Below are positions 25,415 through 38,453 of a stretch of 64,000 nucleotides of DNA, in pieces. The position numbers and the translations under genes were made by a program. The stretch covers positions 1 through 64,000 of the forward strand of contig NGBS01000592.1 of the NCBI GenBank assembly GCA_002245135.1, given 5' to 3'. The first letter of the stretch is position 1. Every line of letters starts with the position of its first letter. The stretch comes from Proteromonas lacertae (taxonomy: Eukaryota). The notes under the pieces are model-generated. The model searched no databases. It was given only the letters and a program-made list of their open reading frames with translations, and was not told the origin of the DNA.

Positions 25415-25564
25415 TCTTACTTCTAATAAATATTACTGTTGGATTCTCGGTGCTATTTTCATAAACAATTTTCAAACACCCAATATTAAAAAAGTCAATA
25501 AAAACATTACTATTTAAAATTTTAAGATATAGACAATAATACGCATGAATGCTACTCTAATTCT

Positions 25565-27124
25565 TTAGTTGGTATCGTATGTAAAACCTTCAAATGACGG
25601 TATTGGAATAGATCCTTCATCCTATATGATAATAGTAAGAATAATATATTATATTAATATACAGTTGGACTGCTATCTTCAGGTATGACACGAGTATACT
25701 TTTTGTTAAAGTTACTAGTATCTGTATCACCAGTCAATACTGGCTTCCATGGAGGGTTCTATCCTCTTCTCTTCCAATGCCTTAAAATCAATAGTAGAAA
25801 AAGAATTGGTGTTTCTTCAACATCTAAAGCATCTCTTGGTCCAGAACCAAGTCTTAACGAAGGATTTCTATTCAACAATGCTTCAATAACACTTCTAGCA
25901 TTAGAACTAAATTGAGATGGGAATTTCAACTTATCATGCAATATCTTCTGAAACATCACTTTTCTGTTCTTATCATAAAAAGGAGGTAATCCAGCCATCA
26001 TCTCATACAATAAAGTACCAACAGACCACCAATCAACAGCTTTGCCATAAGGTTTACCCATTAGAACTTCAGGTGCAACATATTCTGGAGTTCCACAAAT
26101 GGTTTGTGCATTATCCTCTGAAACATTTGTTTTGGATAACCCAAAATCAGTTATAATCACATGTCCATCTCTGTCTAGTAATAAATTCTCTGGTTTCATA
26201 TCTCTGTACAAAATATTCTTTGAATGTAAATAAGAAACTCCACTAATCACTTCAGCTACATAAAACTTGGCTCGATCTTCACTAAACCTTTTGCATTGTT
26301 GTAAATGATAAAATAATGGTCCACCAGCATAAAAATCCATTCCTAAGTATAATTTACCTTCAGTTTGAAATGCAAATCTTAACGTACTGACAAATGGATG
26401 ATTCATTTCTTCTAATATTTTTCTTTCTGTTTTTGTATGTTCAACTTGTTTTCTTTCAACTACAAATGCTTTGGAGAGGATTTTTAATGCGTATACTTTA
26501 TTATCTGTTATTCTTCTAACTAATAATACTTTACCGAACGATCCTTTACCAATAGCTTTTAATAATTGAAAATCATTTTTACTCAGCTCTTTTTGACCAT
26601 TTCCATTTCCATTATTATTGATATTGTTATTGCTGTTGTTACTGTTTCCATTAGGTAATTGTCCATAACCATTATCACTTCTATTAGAGGGAGCTCTTGG
26701 GATTTGCTGTGAAACTATTTAACGATAAAATATAAATATATACTTCGAAGTTGTCTTTGTTGATGTTCATTAAAACATGGATAACAGACTCGCTCAGATC
26801 GTGGTAAATCACTAAATCTCATACTATTCTTAGAACATTCTGAACATATGATTCTTCCACAACATCTACAATGGTGTTTTCTTACTAGAAATGAAAAAGG
26901 CTTGAGACAGACTTGACATTCTACAATTTCATTATCAGGAATCCATCTTTTACAAGAAACTGGTAGTTGGTTTGGTTCTTCGTTCAATTTAGGTGGTTCA
27001 CAGGAGGTAATACTGTTATTCATTGGTCCACGAGGTGGAGTTGTTGCTTGAGCACCATCATCGAAGGATTTAGAAGGAGGAACATCTAATTGAAACAATA
27101 AAAAAAGAAGAATAAAAATGAAGA

Positions 27125-27161
<37 letters not shown>

Positions 27162-28246
27162 TATCAATAACAGGCAAAATACTATCAGCATAATACAAAG
27201 CATCATGTCCTTTATTCACAATCACATCAATAAATTGAAATATAACATTCATTGCTAATATTGTAATATGAGCTTGATTTGGTATTGTTGACATATCTGG
27301 ACCAGCTGATAAACAAACACATCCTAATTTCTCTTCCTCTTCTTCTAATCTGTAACCTAAAGCGTAATTTGATATCTTCCAATTGATGCAGTTTGTTTCT
27401 AAATATTTTCTAAGTTGTGAGCTATCAGCTTCTTCTAATGAGAGTTCTGTTAGTAAAGTATGAACACTTTCAAGGAATGCAACACATTTTATACGATTCA
27501 TTGAGTCAGGACGTAACTATTCAAAAATAATAATAAAAATTTGAAAATACTCGAAGTAGATTCTTTACTACTACACCACCATAACCGTATGCTACAAATA
27601 CAATATTCTTATTTGTTCCTGGTGATATTAATTTGTCCCATAAATACAACAAATGTGCTTCTGGTGTATCATTTAAGGATATTGGAATCTTCGTGGTAGT
27701 ACCATCAGCATTTTGTCTCTATATATATAGATAATACATAAATATATTATATAAAATACTTTATAAAAATTACTATTTGGATTGGATATAACAATTCCAT
27801 ATTTATGTGATAATGTCGTTTGAACATAAGGAAGCATACTGCCCATCTGCAATCCTTCATCAATACAGAGACTACGCGACCATATACCTGGTTGAGTACG
27901 AGTTCCTGGGACTATTATAACTAAAGTATCACATCTTCTCCAACCTGTAGAACAGTATACAGGTAGTCTAGCTGATGGATCTTGACATTCTGTCAATCCT
28001 GGTATGTACAGCTTCTTCGCATTTAAATTTGAGTATGAGTTGTTGTTGAATCTAAAAAAGAATAATAATATGAAAGAATACAAATCTGGAAATAGCATTT
28101 ACTGTTGCAAAAGGGTCAACAGGTATGTCTGTAGAATCACCATAAGCATCTGTGCTTAATCTTCTTAATCTGAGATCGTTATCGAAATAATATCCTAATT
28201 CTTTGAGAGCATCAGCTAAAAAAATAATGTGAATTATAATACCCAT
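25565..28246 (-). CDS. Arb2/FAM172A-like domain - FYVE finger - AGC (SGK/PKB-like) Ser/Thr kinase fusion
   Basis: Manual splicing gives one frame: LKELGYYF, PGIWSRSLCIDEGLQMGSMLPY, WIPD..C..C..F..RKHHCRCCGRIICSECS..ERVCYPC, IGKGSFGKV, YRDMKPEN, DFG, CGTPEYVAPE, and the hydrophobic motif FEGFTY. Confidence 0.85.
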
Positions 28247-28704
28247 TAATTATATCTACAACTGAAGTAATGAAACACAATATCTTTATTAAAAAAATAG
28301 ATTCGTTTCTGAAGATTTAAATGATAAAATTCTTGCTACCCATTCACTATTCTTTGATAATAAATATGTGTCAGGAATTGTCTACAGCAGAACTGTTTAA
28401 TGGTAATAAAATGACTAAAAGAAGAACAGGTTTTGAATGTATCAGTTTTTTGTGAAAAATTCATTTGTTTTTAACTATATACTTGCTAAATTGTGATGTG
28501 AATGACATTATATTTATATATTCTAATATATTGTAATTAATGATGAAATTTCAGAATTCTATTGTCTTAATCAAATAATATACTTGCATTTATGATTATT
28601 TAACTCCCAATAATGACATAAAATATAAAACTTAAAAAATTATCCCATATTCAATATTTATATTTCATTAAAATACATATATCTTAATACTAAATGAAAT
28701 TAAA

Positions 28705-30272
28705 CTATTGAATATAATTACTAAGCACAGTATGCATTAATTTTGTAATAGCTTTAAATGTTGTATCAAAATTTCTTTCAATTTCACATCCTACATAATA
28801 TTAATCAAAATATATGTATATTATATATACCATCATAATTCCATAATGTTAAAATTATAGTAAACCTACCTGGATATTGGACTGGTAAAGCCATCATGTA
28901 TGTCTTCGGTATATCTACTAAACCAGGGTTAGTTGACTTCATATATCTTTTTGGTATACCATTTACAGAGTATATTACATCTTGTTTATTATAAGAATCA
29001 CCTATTCAAATAATAAAAATAATATAAAAAAATACATTCAAATATTTCACTATCACATTCATACACTTGCGAAGATCTTGTTAATAAGTAAATACAATTA
29101 TTCCTTATTATTGAAATTGTACAGCCTGATAGATTTAAATACATTTTCAATGAAGTACATAAAGTAGCTGCAGAATCAAGAGGATTTGTTAATAAACTCC
29201 TATATTATATATATATAAAATAAAAATATAAAAAAACAAAAAAGAGAAATAATAATAATATACTTTTGTATTAACATATTCACATTGTTTATCAATAAAT
29301 TATGAAATGATAATGCAATATGTTCTCCTATTGATTTCAATATAGAAATATCGGATGATGAAAAATCTGTAGCTATAACTATCCTCCATATTCCGATTGG
29401 TTGTTTCAAATATACTATTGGAATATATAATGAAGTGTAATCTGGATAATTTAATAAATCATATTTTGCATCATAACTGGAGTGTTTTAATAACTATTAA
29501 ATATATATATATATATTAAAAGAAAAAGAAAAAGAGAATAAATAGATGAATATATATATATATTCATATACAGAATTCTTATTTACTTTAGCTATTCCTT
29601 TTCTATAATTATTATAACAATATCTGGTAAGTCCTGAAGGTGGTAATAAAGTATTTTGCTTCACTCATTGAACTTATTAAATCACATCTAAAATCGAAAC
29701 AAAAACTACTTTCTAAATATAATGGAAATAGCTGTATTATTGAATCTAATGTACTAAAATACGTAACAAATTCTGTTTGGCTGTGTAGTAGAAGAGAATA
29801 ATTCAAATATCCATGTAAGCCTTCTGAACTAACTATATTTTCTACATCAATTTTTGGTTGAGTTGTAAAAGATCGAGATTTAGTTGATAAATGATGTACA
29901 GCTAATTAATTAGAAGAATTTAAATATACGAGTAACTGGTAGATTGTTTATAATGTTTGAATCACTCGATTTTCTTCTTCTTAATTCCCTACGCAAAATA
30001 TATCATCAATAAAATACAAAGGAGACATTCTAGCGATCAGAGTTTGATTATCAGCCACATTCTTGTTATATTTTGAATCTTCTTCGATTTCCTATATATA
30101 AGGATATAAAAAATACAAAATCAATTTTAGGTGGGCTTTTTATAGGTAATGCTTTTATTATTGGAGATTTTAGATCAACAGATAGATCACCTGAACTATT
30201 ACAAGCAGATAATCTTCTAAAATCCTTTTCAGAGATCTTCCTCTCCCATTCTTCTTCACCACTGCTTTCCAT
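28705..30272 (-). CDS. Multi-exon protein of unknown function with a possible GAF-like segment
   Basis: Short exons join through 25-30 nt GT-AG introns; PIGIWRIVIATDFSSSDISILKSIGEHIALSFHN resembles the end of a GAF domain. Confidence 0.4.
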
Positions 30273-31522
30273 AACAAAATTTGACTTAATCTTACAAACA
30301 GCCAAAATACAAAACTTGAGATGTATTTGTGTGTATTATTTTAAAATCAAGAAATAATGAAGATGCACAAGTGGTAATACGCTTTTCTATTTCAGTATTG
30401 AGTGAATTTTATATATGGCAATTATATAAGAAAAACGAAGAAATGATTTTAGATCTATTTTTTAAGCAAAGCATTATTTTCATTTGCTATTTGAATTTCA
30501 ATGTTGATGAATTCTTAATATGGTTACCAAATGCTTCATTCCATTTATTTGAAATTGTATGAAAAACGAATATATTTTTAAAACATGAAATTTTAAACTC
30601 CTTTCACAACAGTTATTACACTATGATATTGTAACATATAATATTATTATTAATTAATTTATCAAGATAATACTGTTATATAATTACTGAAGTGAATTTC
30701 AAAGTAATGTTTCTCTATTACAAGCAACTTTTGCATATTATGTTACATTGTGTTAATTGCAATGAAACAGAATGAAAATATGTAAGGATTTGATGATGAG
30801 TCATCAAATTAAACAAAGAGTATATTCTCCTTTAAAACGTATTATGGGTTATTTTATGGTTCAATCTATTGATTTATGTTATAATTTATCATAAATGAGC
30901 TGAATCGAATATAATTCTTTTTCTTTACTCTATTTAATTGATGGAATTATCTAAATAAATATAAGACATTCTATTTCTGGTATTGCTAGCATGTTATGAA
31001 CATATAAAATGGATTTATTACACCAAAATCTGATCACTAATACTTTTTGGGGTTTGTAAACATGTCCAATGGTTAGAATTTACTTAATGTGTAATTATAG
31101 AAACAAAATAAGTATTAGAAATATAATAAAACACACAAAAAATAATAGAATTTTGTGTTAACATTGTTACCTTGATAGCTTATTTTATTGGCAAGAGTAA
31201 TATGTACCTAATATGTTGAATGTATATGATTTGCCAATATCAACTACAACAACGAATTTTATATTCACAGAGTTGCTATCTACACATAGTAATGTATACG
31301 CTAACTATAATTAATTGTTCAAAAATCAATCAAAAAAATTTTAATCTCAAACTCTCAATATTGACTTTGACTTTGGAACAAAACAAGCTCAAACAAAAAA
31401 GTCTTTAAAAACTGATATGATTGGTTGTTATTATTCTTCTTCGTATTAAAGCACAAGCGCTTCATAAATAACAATACTAAAATCACAACAGATATATTAT
31501 TTTTCTCTACATTATTGTATTC

Positions 31523-34126
31523 ATGCTAAAAGTTGAAACAAAAGAAGTTGATGAAGAATTGGAGGCATTAGAAGAGACCAGTATCAAATTCCTGGAAATG
31601 GCTCCTAAGATACACACAATCATCCAGTACTATTTGTGTGAGCCATGTCTAGTCACTGTAAAGTTGAGTGTGCCAATTATGTATATTCACAATATTTTAA
31701 TAATTAGATTTACATCTTATCAATTAACGGGTTTAAAATGTGAGATATGGTGCAATGTACATGACAAATTCTCGTATATTTACCAAATTATTATGTGTTA
31801 GATCAAGCGGAAGGTGGCATTCAGTACCTATGAGGAAGAAATGCTCGGAACAAAAAGGTGATGAGAACATATTCACCTTTGAAGTCTCATTATTACCGAT
31901 TTCAAGTGGAAGGTACGAATTCACAGCAAGAGCAAGAATGACAAAGATATATGATTCTGACTGGAAATGGTTAGGTAAAAATGGAGACAATTGCACATTA
32001 ATGGTTTTACCTTCAACATTATTCAACTCTGGATATACTCCAAGTAGCGGATGGGTAAGACAAGTATTTTGTTGGTTTGAAGAAGCTGTTACACTTCATG
32101 AAGAATCAATGGAACATCAAAAGAATGTAAAACAAATTCCTCAACCTCCAACATTGGTTAATAGTACAAATGTATTTTCTAACAAATTATCAGCACCTAC
32201 TTCATTTGGAAGAGTGGGTGGATTTAGTAGTAATAGTAAAATTAATACCAAAGAAAGGGAGAACATATCCATGTATAATTCAGCAGTCTTAGCAGGAATT
32301 GCACTAGAAAGTGATGTAGATGTATAATAATTGTTATATTATTATATATTTTATCCTAGCCTGCATATTGTAAATGTTTAGTAACTCTATTGTGTGAATC
32401 ACAGTGGATGAAGACATCGACCAACTCTAAGAGATTATTACTATGGTTATTAGGTAGTTCAAACGTTATAAGTGAATATACCAAATGTCTGTCCAATTTT
32501 GTTAGGGATTTGTCAATTCCTAAAAGATTTGGCTCAACTCTCAATGTAACTGATAACAATAATAGCAACAACATGTATAATACAGATCATAATAATTATT
32601 CCAACAATAATGACAGTAACATCAACAACAACAACAACAAATTTGACAGTAATTACATAGAAGGTGGTTTAATTGCTTTATTAAAACTAGCAACAGTAAA
32701 CCGTGTACCAGAATCTCGATCAGTATTTAAATCAATTTCTATTAAGAAAAACACTGGAAGAACTCGAGAAGTATCTCCTAAAAGTATAATCCGTGGAACT
32801 GTCAGTCAAAATGATAGGTGTGGAATATTATTAGAATTACTGTTAGATGTAGTGAAAAACTGCCATCCCGTCATCTCTAATCTAAAGTTTTGTCATATTT
32901 TAATCGAAACATTATGTTCTAGTAGTGACAATATGGTACATATGTATTTACCTCGTGTATTAAGAGCAATGTATGATAAAACAAGTTATAATTATAATAA
33001 TAAAGAAATAGTTAATAGTCAATTCGTGATTCAATCACTAGTTAATGCGTTTACCTTACATTGTGAATGGTATAAGATCACTTTACCTTATTATATACAT
33101 AATGAATTACCATCTGAGATTGAGAAACATGTAACTTTTGGTGGTCCATTAACAGCTTTATTGAAGATTACTGCTAATATTATTGAACATAAACCAAAAG
33201 AGTTAATGAGCAATAGCTCTTCCTGCATAATTAATAATAATTTAAATAATGCTAGTACGAGTGTATTGCCATTATTATCGATTAAGAAGAAAAGAACGAT
33301 TTATGATAATTGTAGTAGTCTTCAAATACTAACAAATGAAAATAATAATAATAATAATAATAATAATGAAAGTAAGAAAATTTTAATTCAAAAAATACAT
33401 ACAGATAATATCAGGCGATTATGTAGCAGTATATTATCATTAATTTACATATTTAATGTTGATCATCCTGATTTCACTAAACTATTAGAATTGTTGTTAT
33501 TAATAGCGAAATTAAACATATCACTGAAACCTTATATATCAAAGAAATTACTATACCATTGGCCGATAACTGAATGTGCAAAATGTTGTTTATTTATCCG
33601 TTTCTTTTATTCATTATTGGAAAATACAAATACTAGTAGTTGTAGCAATAATGATAGTGAAGAAAATAGAACTTGTGATTTAATAAATTTGATTATTAAA
33701 AAGTTAAGTATAAATATTTCATCTCCCAATGTTGATCTTGCAAGAACAACATTACGTTTCTTTGAATATACTACTTCTTCACCTATCTGGAATAACATTA
33801 ATAAAAATCAAGATAAATATACATCGTCTATAATAATGATATTATCAAAATTAAAAGAAAATCAAAACCATTGGAATGAAGAAGTGAGAAATTTGTCTTT
33901 AAATGCTTTTAAGGATTTGAAAAAATATGAACATTTATTACATCCTACTGTAAATAATAACAATAATAATAATGAAGAAGAAGAAAAAGATATTGTTACT
34001 CCATTATTGATATTTCCACCTTCACATACCCAGAGCTTTCATCCCATTTCTCCGATTGATAGTCAGCTGTTTCAGAAGAAAATTAGTTGTTGTAATCAAG
34101 AAGATGAAGAGGATGAAGAAGGTTGA
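31523..34126 (+). CDS. Divergent PP2A B'/B56-like protein with an N-terminal beta-rich, carbohydrate-binding-like domain
   Basis: C-terminal LLYHWPIT..., ISSPNVDLARTTL and NHWNEEVRNLSLNA match B56 motifs. The N-terminus has EIWCNV, WHSVPM, YEFTARAR and WKWLG. Confidence 0.6.
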
Positions 34127-34374
34127 TGGTGATAATCTTGATATGGATATATATCAGGACTTTATATATTTATTTCTCTCTTTCTTCTTTCTTTATATTA
34201 CTAATGCTAATGTCTAACTATATAATATATATATATAAATAACTTAAATGTGCTCAATTCTTTTTAATGAACTTACTTTTGAATTTTATATATGGATAAT
34301 GTTGTTCTTTTTGTATGGGTTAGAGTTAATAAAACATTTAAAATAAAAGCTAATAGTAGCTTAAAAACATAAGA

Positions 34375-34907
34375 TTAAATTAATTCTTTACTATAATCAA
34401 CGAGTTCCACTTCATTGGGTGGTTTTCCTATTGTTTCCTGCTTTATTATTTTATATCCTAATTTCTGATACAACATATTCGCTTCTATCATTGTGTTTAT
34501 TGTTGTTAAATGTATTTCTTTCTTATCTATTTCTTTACAATAACTTTCTGCTGTTTCTATTAGTCTAGTTGCAATTCCTTTCTTTCTATATTTTGACAGA
34601 ACACCTAAACGCTTTATTTCTATTTGGGATGGCTTTGAAGGAATTTCAGACACAGCTACACAGCTAAATTAAATAACATAAATAATTAATACCCAACTAT
34701 TTTGTCATCAATTGAAGCAACTAATAATCTATTGTTTTCTTGATTATCTCCATATGATTGCTTTAAATCCTTGAAATCACTCCCTAATACTCTATTGATA
34801 AATTTACTAACACTTTTATTTGTATTGTATGGTTTATGAGTTTCTATAAATATTTTTCTTATTGCATCTTCATTCTGGGAAGAGAAAATTGATATTGAAA
34901 ATTCCAT
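34375..34907 (-). CDS. GNAT family N-acetyltransferase (2 exons)
   Basis: LLVASIDDKIVG|CVAV, EIKRLGVLSKYRKKGIATRL and ANMLYQKLGY. Confidence 0.9.
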
Positions 34908-34942
34908 AATTTCAAGCTTTTTCAAACCTATATTTAAACTTT
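34908..34942. promoter_or_regulatory. 35-bp divergent intergenic gap between the GNAT and CFAP20DC-like ATGs
   Basis: ATG at 34907 (-) and ATG at 34943 (+); the gap contains TTCAA/TTTCAAA motifs. Confidence 0.5.
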
Positions 34943-36445
34943 ATGTCGGTAAATATCAACGATATATTTAGTTGTCAAGGAAATGCTAGTTTGAAAACGT
35001 TGCCACACTGTTCAAAAGGAGTTAAAAGAGATTATATTAAGGAAGTGAAAGGGTATTAGTTATTTCAATAATTTGTAGATATGTAGCTGTGTCATCTAGT
35101 TCAACTGATAAAATAGATATTTCAAATTTAGGTGTAAATTGTATATTTATGAAATATAGAAAATAGGTACAAATCCATATTTAGTCTTTCATACAATATT
35201 TTCAAACGCTGTTCCAATCAAAGTAGAAATGAATTTAAGTGATTACCAAAAAGTAAGAAGGAGATTAGTGTTTAGTTCTTCATTCCGTTCAATATTGCAA
35301 ACCGAACTTCATGTACAAATTCCATTATCATTTCTACCAACAGATCAATGGCTAAATATAGTATTTCATTTAAATGAACTTCATGAAATGTTATTTAATA
35401 CGCCTTTTGTGAGATGTGATTCTATTACTGTAACTGGTATGTTTAAAGTGAAAAGAATTTACTCTACAAAAATTCAACCTGTGTTGAATGACATTATAGA
35501 TTCTTCAATTCCACCTTCTCATATATTACAAAGTTACCCATGGGTTACAATAGATCCACCCTCTATAAACTATCTAATGCCAGTAGTAAAAGAAGATAAA
35601 AACAGTGATTTAAAATCTGCTTTAAATATAGGTAGGCCAAGAAGTATATTTTTGAATAAAACACCAGAAAATAAACGAAGTGCAAGTGCAGTTGGTGGAA
35701 GTAGAAGAAGATCCAATGTAAGTGTCAATTCAACAAATTCACAAAAATCTCAACAACCTCCAATTGTCTCAGCTGGAGCATTAGTACCACCACAGTTAGC
35801 ACCAAATATCACTTCAATCAAGCCTTCAGGCTTGAGTGAAAAAAGATCCAAAAGATCATCGTCAGCTTTACCAGTTAGTTCAAGGAGAGTAATTAAAACG
35901 TCATCGCCAATACCAGGCGAATTAGATGGATATGAAGAAATACCATTAAAAGATATAAAAAGACAAATCTTGAAATCTCCACCACCCACATTGTTACAAA
36001 AACAGAAACAATTACAAAATAGTAGTAAGAGAAAAGATAATAATATAATTGATGATGATAATGAAAATGATGATAATTTCATACCATTGTCTGTATTAAA
36101 AAGAAGACAAAAAGAAGAACAACAACAACAAATATCACCTCTAAAATCTACTGCTTCATCTTCAATACACAAATCTCCAATTAATGAAAACAATAGTAGC
36201 AATAAAGATAATGAAGATGATGAAGATTTTGTTCCATTGTCAGTGATTAAAAGACAACAAATGCTACAGAAACAACAACAACAACAACAACAATCATTAT
36301 CTAAAATCCCAACATCATCAAAATCTAAACACCATTCACCCATTGATATGAGTGTATATGAAATAAAACCATCTAAGTCAATACCAGTAGCAACTAATCG
36401 AATAACAACACCTCCTCCATCTGTGTCAATAGAGAAACATTATCA

Positions 36446-36479
<34 letters not shown>

Positions 36480-37744
36480 GAAGAAGAAACCATACCAACT
36501 TCACCTGTTGATGTAAATAATGAAAATGACAATATTTATGGTGGAAATGATAAAAGATATAGTGTAAAAATATGTATTAATGACGATAAAAATAATAATA
36601 ATAATAATGATAGTTATTGTGTTCAAATAACTCCAACTATTACTAATACAATTGAGAATAGTGGTGATGATTCTATTTCATCTTTAACACCAACTAAACC
36701 TATTCATTTGTCTAGTAGAAATACACCACCACCAAAATCAACACCAAAACATCAGCAAGATCAAAATATATAATGAAAATAAAAAATAAAAAAACAACAC
36801 CCAAATCATCAGCAAGATCTATAGGTAATAGAAATAGTAATTATGAAATAGAAGAGAATGAAATTTTAACCTCCTCATCACGAAATACTCCAACACCAAA
36901 TCGAAAATCTACTGCAAGATCTACAACTAGTAAAAGCAGTAATTATAACAGCAGTTATAATATTGAAGAAAATGATATTTTAACTTCATTAATAACACCA
37001 TCTTCTACTACTTCGTATAATAATAAATTAAACAACTCGTCTGAAAATAAATTAACCTTAAAAAGCAGTCCATTAAAACCAATATATGATTATGATGATG
37101 AAAATGATGATGATGAAACTGGAGAATTAATAAACTTATTAAATGGAAGAAAGAATTCAAATCCATTGAAATCAACTAGTGATTTTCAAAGTTATGAAGA
37201 AATACTTAGTGCTAGAAGAGAAAGGAGGAAAAGTAATCCATTAAATAATAGCAATATGGATAATTCATTAAAAAGAAGTGGTAGAAGTGATTTAAGTGGT
37301 AAATTGAATGAAATAAGAAAGAATTCGAATACTATAGAGAATTATTGCACTCATGATAATAATGTTCTACTTGATGGTAATGGTAATACATATTATGATG
37401 GTAATGATGATTTTGAACCAATTGGATTAAATCCAAAAGGTCCAACAGTGATTATACATAATTCAGTGAAACTAAATGATTCTTTAAGTGGAACAAATAC
37501 ATCATTACATTCATCTTCGAATAATTTGAAAGATTCGATAAAGTCTATAACATCCAATAAATTAAGAGATTCACTAACCAATCAAAATCCATTATTAAGT
37601 GATTCATTGTTAAATACAAAGACAAATGTAATGAAACATTCATTTAATAATACTAATCCTATAGATAATAAATCCTCCATATTTAAAGACTCTTTATCAT
37701 CTAACAAACACACAATATTCAATGATTCATTATCATCAATAACA

Positions 37745-37783
<39 letters not shown>

Positions 37784-38368
37784 AATGATGTACCTTCAGA
37801 TTCATTATCATATTTACCACCTTCTAAATATGAACAACAACAACAACCACTACTTGTATATAATCACAATGAAAGTTATAAAAATCCATATGTTAATGAT
37901 GATGATGATGAATTGGATTATAGGGGTAATAATAATAAGTATATTGATATGGATGAATCATGTTTTTGTAATACAACAACATCATCAACAACAACAACAA
38001 CTGCCAATACTACATCAATGATGAATGATACTACTAAAACAACAACTATTTATAATTATATAGATAGTGGTGTAATTGACAATATTATTGATTCAGATAA
38101 TGATAATGATGATATTGAAGAGAATAATATACCTGTTGTATATATAATAATAATATATTATATTTATTTAATATTATAGACATCTTTTACTAATGAAAAG
38201 AGTGTGACAAAAAATGAGAAAAAGAAATTCAGTGATTCACTAGATGATGATAATGATTATAATGAAGTTAGTAATAATGAAAGTGTTGCTGATTCAGTAG
38301 AATTATATTATGATCCAAAAACGAAGTTGTATTTTGATCCTAAAACAGGAAAATATTATCAATCTTAA
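34943..38368 (+). CDS. CFAP20DC/C3orf67-like protein (CFAP20 domain, long low-complexity linker, C-terminal YDP motif); frame break at 36771-36775
   Basis: RRRLVFSSSF..LHVQIPL..QWLNIVFHL..DSITVTGMFKVKRIYS matches a CFAP20 domain; the last exon reads ELYYDPKTKLYFDPKTGKYYQS. Confidence 0.75.
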
Positions 38369-38453
38369 TAAACAATAATAATAAAATATATGCGTTAATA
38401 GAATTTGCATTATTATGTTTTTTTATCGTAAAGTAAATATTCGTATTAATAAT

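Noticed and set aside
35750..36343. Long antisense ORFs with poly-Cys/Leu/Ser (also 59124-59510, 41201-41545, 21645-22019)
   Set aside because: They are shadows of (CAA)n/(AAT)n-rich sense coding sequence.
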